This document shows, in pieces, positions 25,556-32,000 of a stretch of DNA of 32,000 nt. Below the pieces are notes generated by a model that searched no databases, had not been told where the DNA came from, and was given only the letters and a program-made list of their open reading frames with translations. Origin of the DNA: Moraxella nasovis (GTDB lineage: Bacteria > Pseudomonadota > Gammaproteobacteria > Pseudomonadales > Moraxellaceae); assembly GCF_022701215.1 (NCBI RefSeq), contig NZ_CP089976.1, forward strand, positions 660,001 to 692,000, given 5' to 3'. Within the stretch, counting starts at the first letter, position 1. The number at the start of each line of letters is the position of its first letter. A program made the translations under genes and the position numbers.

Positions 25556-25694
25556 GGAATAAGCAAAGATTGAAAATCAAAGCAAGATGTATGGGCTTAG
25601 TTTGTTATTGTGGGTTGAAAAGACTATAAAAATGGCTTATTAGCCAAAGCTTGATTTATCTTAGCTTGACTATTTAGATTAACCGTCAATAAAC

Positions 25695-27068
25695 TTACAA
25701 CCAAATCTTATCAGGGTTCATGATGTTATTAGGGTCAATGGCGTGCTTAATGCTTTTCATGAATGCTAACGCTCCGCCATGCTCATCGTTCATATATTGA
25801 CGCTTACCCTGCCCTACGCCATGTTCGCCCGTACAAGTACCGTCCATGTCAATGGCACGCCGAGCAAGTCTCTCCAAGATTTCTTTGGCGTGGGCAACCT
25901 CAGTATCATTATCTGTATCCACAAGTAACATGACATGAAAATTACCATCGCCCACATGACCCACCACAGGACCTATCATCTGACGAGCTTCTATGTCTTT
26001 TATGGTGTCGGTAACACACTCGGCAAGTCGTGAGATTGGCACGCAGGCATCGGTAGATAAACCACTGGCATGTGGGCGTAAGGCACGGCTGGCGTGATAG
26101 GCATTATGCCGTGCTGCCCACAGCTGTTTACGCTTGGCTTCATCGGTATCCCATACAAAATCTGTACCACCAAAATCTGCAATAATCTCACCAAACAAAG
26201 TCGCCTGTTCAACAACGCCTGTATCCGTGCCATGAAACTCTACCAACAATGTCGCTGTTTCGCTCAAATTAAGCTTAGAATAAGCATTACACGCCTTTAC
26301 CTGCATCGCATCTAGTAGCTCAATGCGAGCAATTGGCAATCCAAATTGAATGGTCGTCATGACCGCTTGGCAAGCCATATCCACATTGGGGAAATGACAA
26401 ATACCACTACCAATACATTCAGGCACGCCAAAAAGCTTGACAGTAATCTCGGTAACTATCCCAAGCGTCCCCTCAGAGCCGATGATAAGCCGTGTCAAAT
26501 CATAGCCTGCCGATGATTTTTTGGCACGACTGGCGGTCTTGATGATCTCGCCATTTGGCATGGCAACCTCCAAAGACAGCACCACATCTTTCATCGTGCC
26601 ATAACGTACCGCATTCGTACCACTCGCCCTTGTCGCCACCATACCGCCAAGCGTGGCATTCGCACCTGGGTCTATTGGAAAAAACAGCCCTGTGTCCCTA
26701 AGATACTGATTTAATGCTTCACGAGTAACGCCTGCTTGCACTGTGGCGGTCAAATCCTCATTATTTACCTGCACAATCGCATTCATCTGGCTCATGTCAA
26801 TACACAGTCCACCTCGTGGGGCATTTAATTGCCCTTCTAGCGATGACCCCATGCCAAAGGCAATGACAGGCATGCCGTATTCTTGGCAAATCTTGATGGC
26901 ATCGCTGACCTCATATTTATCCATGACACTAAGCACAGCATCACTTGGCTCATTATCAAGCCATGTCATCGTATGGGCGTGCTGTACTCGCACCGTCATA
27001 TTCGTAGAGAGCTTGTCACCAAACCGCTGTGTTAATTTATCAATCGCTTCTATAAACCGATGAGACAT
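25695..27068 (-). CDS. FAD-linked oxidase, D-lactate dehydrogenase (cytochrome)/GlcD-like
   Basis: 457 aa. The FAD-binding PCMH-type N-terminal part has PVIAFGMGSSLEG. The C-terminal part has GTCTGEHGVGQGKRQYM and IKHAIDPNNIMNPDKI, typical of GlcD/DLD enzymes. Confidence 0.85.
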   Translation of the reverse strand: MSHRFIEAIDKLTQRFGDKLSTNMTVRVQHAHTMTWLDNEPSDAVLSVMDKYEVSDAIKICQEYGMPVIAFGMGSSLEGQLNAPRGGLCIDMSQMNAIVQVNNEDLTATVQAGVTREALNQYLRDTGLFFPIDPGANATLGGMVATRASGTNAVRYGTMKDVVLSLEVAMPNGEIIKTASRAKKSSAGYDLTRLIIGSEGTLGIVTEITVKLFGVPECIGSGICHFPNVDMACQAVMTTIQFGLPIARIELLDAMQVKACNAYSKLNLSETATLLVEFHGTDTGVVEQATLFGEIIADFGGTDFVWDTDEAKRKQLWAARHNAYHASRALRPHASGLSTDACVPISRLAECVTDTIKDIEARQMIGPVVGHVGDGNFHVMLLVDTDNDTEVAHAKEILERLARRAIDMDGTCTGEHGVGQGKRQYMNDEHGGALAFMKSIKHAIDPNNIMNPDKIWL

Positions 27069-27425
27069 CTTGCTTCCTTAGCTTGATTGGTTGTGTGTTG
27101 TTCGTTTGTCAAAATCTTGATGGGTTTGCTTTGTCGGCATTATTTCATTATCTGCTATTTTTTTAGCTTTTGCAAGGCGTGCTTTTGTGGTATATATTTT
27201 GTAGGATATATCAAGTACATAAAGACAAAAAGACATGATTGGACATCAGTAACCTTTTACAAAAATCCATAAATATGAATAACTTATAGTTATGATTTAT
27301 TACTAAAGTGATTGAAAATTTTATTAATAGTATTTCTTGCACCTTTGTTTTAATATGTGTTAATGTTGCTTTAATATATGGATATGTAATTTACATCTTA
27401 TTTTTTTATTCTACAAAGGTGGATT

Positions 27426-28679
27426 ATGACAGACTCATCACAAGTCGGCACGGGCAAGGAGCTAAATTGGCGTGCTTTTGGGCCTGGTATTTTGATGGCA
27501 TCGGCAGCAATCGGTGGTTCACACTTAATTTCATCAACCCAAGCTGGGGCGTTATATGGTTGGCAACTTGCCATCATGATTATTCTTGCCAACCTGTTCA
27601 AATATCCTTTTTATCGTTTCGGCACACAATACGCTTATAGCACAGGCAATAGTCTCGTGGTCGGCTATGCCAAAAAATCTCGTGCCTACCTATGGGTGTT
27701 TTTTGTTCTTTGTATCATCTCTGGTGTCATCAGCACAGGGGCAGTCGCCCTACTGTGTGCTGTCATCTTGGGGCATATGCTACCATTTGAACTTGGTACT
27801 TTGACATTGTCTGCCATTGTGATGGTTTCGTCATGGGTGCTATTGGTGGCAGGACATTACAAACTGCTTGATAATGTTACCAAATGGATCATCGTAGCTT
27901 TGACGGTTGCGACATTGGCAGCAGTTGCAGTGGCGGTAGGCAAGCCTTCTGTCATGCAACCTGACTTTATTGAAACATCGCCTTGGAATCTAGCAGCACT
28001 TGGGTTTATCATCGCATTGATGGGTTGGATGCCAGCACCGCTTGAATTTTCAGCGATTACCTCGGTTTGGACCGCCAAGAAAATTCACACCGATCATACC
28101 AGTCGTTATCAAGGCATGGTGGATTTTAATGTGGGTTATATGACTTCGGCGATTTTGGCGTTGTTTTTCTTGGCACTTGGGGTGTTGGTTCAATATGGGT
28201 CGGGTAAAGAAATTGCCATGCAAGGCGGTGCTTATGTAGGACAGCTCATACAGATGTATACCCAAACCATTGGCGAATGGTCTAGATTGCTTGTTACTTT
28301 CATCGCTTTTTTGTGTATGTATGGCACGGTGATTACCTGTATTGATGGCTATGGGCGTACCAACGCAGAGAGTTTGTCGCTCATCAAGACAGGCGATACC
28401 AGCATGACCGAAAACTATGTCAAAATATGGACGACCTTAACTGCCATCGCAGGCTATGTTCTAATCGCCTTTTTCTTGGGGCAAATGGCGGCATTGCTAA
28501 AATTTGCCATGATCAGTGCTTTTGTAACCGCACCGATTTTCGCCTATTTAAACTATTCACTCATCAAGAGCGAGAATCAATTATCTGCTTTCATGAAATG
28601 GTTTGCGATTGTCGGTATTGCATTTTTGAGTGGATTTACATTATTGTTTTTATTGCAATTTTTTGGATTGATTACTTAG
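27426..28679 (+). CDS. NRAMP-related membrane transporter (non-canonical metal-site motifs)
   Basis: 417 aa, about 11 TM. FGPGILMASAAIGGSHLISSTQAGALYGWQL aligns with E. coli MntH [31 protein letters not shown], but GGSH replaces DPGN. MGWMPAPLE sits where MPHN is expected. Confidence 0.8.
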   Translation: MTDSSQVGTGKELNWRAFGPGILMASAAIGGSHLISSTQAGALYGWQLAIMIILANLFKYPFYRFGTQYAYSTGNSLVVGYAKKSRAYLWVFFVLCIISGVISTGAVALLCAVILGHMLPFELGTLTLSAIVMVSSWVLLVAGHYKLLDNVTKWIIVALTVATLAAVAVAVGKPSVMQPDFIETSPWNLAALGFIIALMGWMPAPLEFSAITSVWTAKKIHTDHTSRYQGMVDFNVGYMTSAILALFFLALGVLVQYGSGKEIAMQGGAYVGQLIQMYTQTIGEWSRLLVTFIAFLCMYGTVITCIDGYGRTNAESLSLIKTGDTSMTENYVKIWTTLTAIAGYVLIAFFLGQMAALLKFAMISAFVTAPIFAYLNYSLIKSENQLSAFMKWFAIVGIAFLSGFTLLFLLQFFGLIT

Positions 28680-28710
28680 GCGTATTAAGCCTGATTTTAT
28701 AAAAATATAA

Positions 28711-28741
28711 AAAAGACCTGCCAACTGTGATAGGTCTTTTT
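28711..28741 (+). terminator. rho-independent terminator after the NRAMP-related gene
   Basis: AAAAGACCT-loop-AGGTCTTTT hairpin followed by Ts. Confidence 0.7.
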
Positions 28742-28756
28742 ACTATGGTTAAGGTT

Positions 28757-29245
28757 GGATTGGTAGTAGATTACACCATGTGATATACTATAAATTCAAA
28801 CTAACTATTTGTAAAATAAGAAAAATTTTAGTTAAGCCTACTTGAATTTTTATGCTCTAAGCAGTCACCAAAAGTACAACGATTTACTTTAGATGTTCCC
28901 AAATTTAGCAGCCGTTATTTTGTTGTAGATCCGCCTTGTAATAAGAATGCCCAGCCTTTAAAGCTAAAACATGCTTTGATAAAAAAAATAAAACTTAATG
29001 AAAGCTATCTTAGTAAAGAGTTTGTTCATCAAAAAAAAGCTTACAATCATACCAATAGTATTGAGAGTTTTGGTCGCAAGCTAAGCGTACACTACGCAAA
29101 TATAACAACATTGATAAGAAAAACATTCATCTTTTTATCAAAGACTTAATTTAGATTTAACTATGGCTCGCCTCTCATCAGCTTAAAGTGCTTAGGAAAT
29201 GGTGTGGAGTTTAAGGTTAATCTAGTACAGCCCCCATTTTTTTTG
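28757..29245 (+). mobile_element. decayed, internally deleted IS1016-like relic (inverted relative to 14738-15477)
   Basis: The left end GGATTGGTAGTAGATTACACCATGTG resembles the GGGGCTGTAGTAGATTACACAATGTG end of the other copy. The last roughly 200 bp (AAAGAGTTTGTT...CATCTTTTTATCAAAGAC...CTCTCATCAGCTTAAAGTGCTTAGGAAATGGTGTGGA...TTAATCTAGTACAGCCCC) align well. The middle is missing and no ORF survives. Confidence 0.7.
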
Positions 29246-29392
29246 TTGATAAACAGAAATTTAGCTTTGGATAAATATCCATCACTCAAACTGAGCTTTC
29301 TTTCAATATAGGCTAAATCTCCACCTGATTCCCTTAGGAGTCTATCTAACTCTTTTTTTGGAGAACCTATTTTATCTTTGATTTAATGCAGA

Positions 29393-29807
29393 CTATAAGC
29401 AAGAATTCAACACCAAACGCAAGCTTTTTCCAACTTCATGGGATATGCCATCCAAAGGTAAGGTAACTGTCTTATCATCATCCAAGCCTTCCCAAGCATC
29501 AAATCCAACATGGCGATTAGGATAAATATTTATCATACCATCAAACAAGTATACATCACAAAGCATCATATTTTTTTAAATAATGTTTTTTTTGATTTGT
29601 AGCCCAAAAACTGACATAACTGATCTATCTAAGCTTTCATAGCTACTCTTAGCTTTGGTCAAATCAAAAAAAAATTACAATTTCTTTACTGCCCACAATA
29701 AATGTTCTGCTATTATATAAAGATTTCAACAATATTTCACCAAGCATATTATCATCAATATCTAAGGGTAAAATATAAGGCTGATACATATAATCTAACC
29801 CCATCAT
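29393..29807 (-). pseudogene. immunity-like gene disrupted by two homopolymer frameshifts
   Basis: Three frame segments on the minus strand: MMGLDYMYQPYILPLDIDDNMLGEILLKSLYNSRTFIVGSKEIVIFF / FDLTKAKSSYESLDRSVMSVFGLQIKK / YLKKYDALCDVYLFDGMINIYPNRHVGFDAWEGLDDDKTVTLPLDGISHEVGKSLRLVLNSCL*. The shifts coincide with the A9 (29666-29674) and T8 (29586-29593) runs. Confidence 0.45.
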
Positions 29808-29811
29808 ACCA

Positions 29812-30108
29812 TTACCAGATTGAGTTTGAACAATAATTACCTTTTATTCTAAAATGAGCAGACTCTCTTTCCCCATTAGGACTTTGGCCAGCAAAAGTAC
29901 CAAATATAACTTTGTCGGGATTATTGCTTATATCATAAATTTTTTCAATGACCATTTTTCTATCTTGTGGATTTGAAGGATTTCCACCAAAATCACTAAC
30001 ATACTTTCCTAATTTTTTCCCTAATTGTTTATTGTCTATTTTGAGAGCTGGAACATTGGTGATATTAATTGGTAAGTTTTTTACTGCTTTTGCAGTGTTT
30101 TCACTGCC
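29812..30108 (-). pseudogene. toxin C-terminal fragment, colicin-D-like (tRNase family) by motif resemblance
   Basis: A frame without a start: GSENTAKAVKNLPINITNVPALKIDNKQLGKKLGKYVSDFGGNPSNPQDRKMVIEKIYDISNNPDKVIFGTFAGQSPNGERESAHFRIKG... The pattern (FG.....N...........I......P..v..GtfrGq....hf) recalls colicin D/CdiA-CT tRNase domains. It is shifted near its end. Confidence 0.4.
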
Positions 30109-30163
30109 TTATTTTTACTATTATGTAAATATTTTTATCACAAAAAGGTAATTTTTATAATTT

Positions 30164-30375
30164 TTAAATAGATTTGCTGTCATTTTGGCAGAAAAAAAAT
30201 CAGAGTTGCCGATGTGGTAAGAGCGACGGGTATGAGCAAGACGACTTTTCATAAGCTTTATAATGACGAGTCATCAAGAATTGATTTAGAGACCTTGGGT
30301 AAGCTTTGTGAATTTTTAGAGATACAGGTGGGGAATATTTTTAAATATGCACCAAATGAATTACTAGATAAATAA
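30164..30375 (+). pseudogene. XRE-family HTH regulator, frameshifted in an A8 run and lacking a start codon
   Basis: The N-terminal piece (F)LNRFAVILAEKK is in one frame. After the A8 run at 30192-30199 the piece IRVADVVRATGMSKTTFHKLYNDESSRIDLETLGKLCEFLEIQVGNIFKYAPNELLDK* is in the next frame. Joined, they read like a typical short Cro/CI-type HTH protein. Confidence 0.6.
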
Positions 30376-30589
30376 GGTAAAATTTAACTTTTAATAGCAA
30401 TGTGCCTAAATTAAAGTCGTGGTCATTTTAGCCATTCTTAAAACTCGCTAAAATTCATCTTAGGCACGTTTTAGGCACAAAAAAAAGGTACAAAGATTTT
30501 TATGTTTAAACCTGTGTGCCTTAAAAAGGCTATGTGTATTGCTTGATAAGTATTTTATGCACTCTAAGTTACTAATGTTACACACAACA

Positions 30590-30620
30590 AAAAAGCCACT
30601 TTCATTAAAAGTGGCTTTTT
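30590..30620 (-). terminator. rho-independent terminator downstream of tRNA-Gly
   Basis: AAAAAGCCACTT-loop-AAGTGGCTTTTT, a symmetric hairpin with flanking A/T runs. Confidence 0.6.
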
Positions 30621-30627
30621 AAATATT

Positions 30628-30703
30628 TGGAGCGGGAAACGAGATTCGAACTCGCGACCCCAACCTTGGCAAGGTTGTGCTCTACCAACTGAGCTATTCC
30701 CGC
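30628..30703 (-). tRNA. tRNA-Gly (anticodon GCC)
   Basis: The reverse complement GCGGGAATAGCTCAGTTGGTAGAGCACAACCTTGCCAAGGTTGGGGTCGCGAGTTCGAATCTCGTTTCCCGCTCCA is a canonical cloverleaf with anticodon loop CTTGCCAAG and encoded CCA. Confidence 0.95.
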
Positions 30704-30792
30704 TTATCAGCATTTGCTGTATGGGTGCGTATTATACCCACTTTTTAGGGTGTGTCAATAGTTTTTTTAAGAAAATTTGATAATTATCCCGA

Positions 30793-32000
30793 TTATATAA
30801 TTAGCCCCACCTCAAAACCTTCTTTAATCGCACGCTTAGCATCTAGCCGTTCGGCATTTTTAGCGCCGCCGATGATATGATACTGTGCCTTTGGTGTAGA
30901 TCCAAGCTCAGGCATAAGCTTATTTACCGACTCTTGACCTGCACAAATCACGATACTATCCACACGCAAAAGCTGACTTTGACCCTCTGTTATGACCCAT
31001 ATCCCCTCTTCGGTGATTTTATCATAGCATACGCCCTTCATTTGCACGACATTCGCCTGCCGTATAACAGCTTTATGCACCCAGCCTGTGGTCTTATTAA
31101 GGCTTTTGCCCAGACGGCTTTTACTGCGTTGTAATAGATAAACTTGGCGATTTGACTTGGGCGGATTTGGCGTGGTTAACGCACCTTTAGTCTGATAATC
31201 ACCTTGTAAGTCCACGCCCCACTGCCGACAAAACTCCTGCCGAGTCTGGGCTTTTGGGGTAAATGTCGCCTCGTGAACATCAATAGGTATAACGTTGCCA
31301 TACACCAAAAATTGTGCCACATCAAAACCGATACCGCCTGCTCCAAGCACTGCCACTCGCTCGCCTGCTATCTTTTGTCCAGACAGCAGCTCAGCATAGC
31401 TCATCACCTGTGGCAGGCTTATACCTGCCACCTGAACCGTGCGTGGGATAACTCCAGTTGCTACAACGACATCATCAAAATCACCAGTTTCTAAAAGCTT
31501 TCTGTCCACCGTTATATTAACCCGAACATCAACCTTAAGCCTTATCAGCTCTTCACGAAAATAACGAATCGTCTCAAAGAACTCTTCTTTACCGGGAATG
31601 ACTTTGGCATAATTAAACTGTCCGCCAATCACCGCTTCTTGCTCAAAAACCACCACATCATGCCCACGCTTAGCCAAGGTGATTGCTGCCGACAAGCCTG
31701 CAACGCCAGCACCCACCACGGCAACTTTCTTGGCACGCTTAGCTGGCTTTAGCTGATATTGCGTCTCGTGGCACGCCATCGGATTGACCAAGCAAGACAC
31801 ACGCTTATTCTCAAATACATGATCAAGACACGCTTGGTTACAGCCGATACAGGTGTTGATAAGCTTAGCATTGCCTTGTTTTGCCTTTTTTGCCCACTGA
31901 CTGTCCGCCAAAAAAGGGCGCGCCATTTGTATAAGATCTGCTCGACCCTGTGCCAAAATTGTCTCCGCCGTGTCTGGCATATTAATACGGTTGGCAGCGA
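30793..32000 (-). CDS. fadH: NADPH-dependent 2,4-dienoyl-CoA reductase (N-terminal part beyond the window end)
   Basis: The frame stays open past the listed ATG at 31980 to the window edge. NTCIGCNQACLDHVF..SCLVNPMACHE and VAVVGAGVAGLSAAITLAKRGHDVVVFE...IGGQFNYAKVIPGKEEF match E. coli FadH closely. Confidence 0.9.
   Translation of the reverse strand, partial: AANRINMPDTAETILAQGRADLIQMARPFLADSQWAKKAKQGNAKLINTCIGCNQACLDHVFENKRVSCLVNPMACHETQYQLKPAKRAKKVAVVGAGVAGLSAAITLAKRGHDVVVFEQEAVIGGQFNYAKVIPGKEEFFETIRYFREELIRLKVDVRVNITVDRKLLETGDFDDVVVATGVIPRTVQVAGISLPQVMSYAELLSGQKIAGERVAVLGAGGIGFDVAQFLVYGNVIPIDVHEATFTPKAQTRQEFCRQWGVDLQGDYQTKGALTTPNPPKSNRQVYLLQRSKSRLGKSLNKTTGWVHKAVIRQANVVQMKGVCYDKITEEGIWVITEGQSQLLRVDSIVICAGQESVNKLMPELGSTPKAQYHIIGGAKNAERLDAKRAIKEGFEVGLII

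Noticed and set aside
27087-27640. ORFs 27087..27272(+), 27308..27640(+) and 27398..27601(-).
   Set aside because: They lie in AT-rich promoter DNA or overlap the start of the NRAMP-related gene. Their translations are Phe/Ile/Cys-rich nonsense without an RBS.
13672-30703. Classical tRNA-integrated genomic island, prophage or ICE.
   Set aside because: I could find no integrase, excisionase, conjugation or phage structural genes, and no direct repeat of the tRNA 3' ends. The content fits a decayed toxin locus with IS activity better than an integrative element.
1-32000. CRISPR arrays, rRNA genes and large tandem repeats.
   Set aside because: No regularly spaced direct repeats and no rRNA-like sequence were seen anywhere in the window.

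Overview
Chromosomal segment of a moderately AT-rich gammaproteobacterium. Gene content and codon style look Moraxellaceae-like, but the taxon is an inference. About 1-13.8 kb and the far right edge are ordinary housekeeping genes: murI, a DUF1285 gene, ETF-ubiquinone oxidoreductase, a ydcH-like gene, an OxyR-like regulator, a ygjP-like metallopeptidase, an OmpA-family lipoprotein, a yihG-like acyltransferase, lnt, corC, ycgN, pepD and fadH. Between tRNA-Ser(GGA) at 13672-13762 and tRNA-Gly(GCC) at 30628-30703 lies a visibly more AT-rich accessory region with no integrase. It holds three clusters of polymorphic-toxin/immunity cassettes. (i) A minus-strand CDI-type array (13.9-21.8 kb) has a 5'-truncated cdiA 3' end with an in-frame TAG. 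Its own C-terminal toxin (CT) and two orphan CT modules follow, all keeping VENN-type pretoxin homology (TENN, VENN, VEDN). Each is followed by a membrane-protein gene that is probably an immunity gene. (ii) A plus-strand array (21.8-25.6 kb) diverges from an abrupt strand-switch junction. It contains a PT-HINT-type remnant, an apparently intact toxin-44-like/immunity pair, and a toxin gene split by an IS982-family element with a 3-bp TAA duplication. (iii) A decayed colicin-D-like toxin/immunity remnant and a broken XRE regulator lie at 29.2-30.4 kb. Two inverted, decayed IS1016-like (IS1595 family) copies bracket 13 kb. That interval includes part of the toxin arrays, a D-lactate-dehydrogenase-like FAD oxidase and an NRAMP-related transporter lacking the canonical DPGN/MPHN motifs. 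An ahpF pseudogene relic lies about 1.2 kb upstream of the oxyR-like gene. No cdiB, full-length cdiA, CRISPR array or rRNA is present. I did not recognise any known family in the three minus-strand toxin C-termini. All calls rest on reading the translations by eye; no database search was run.
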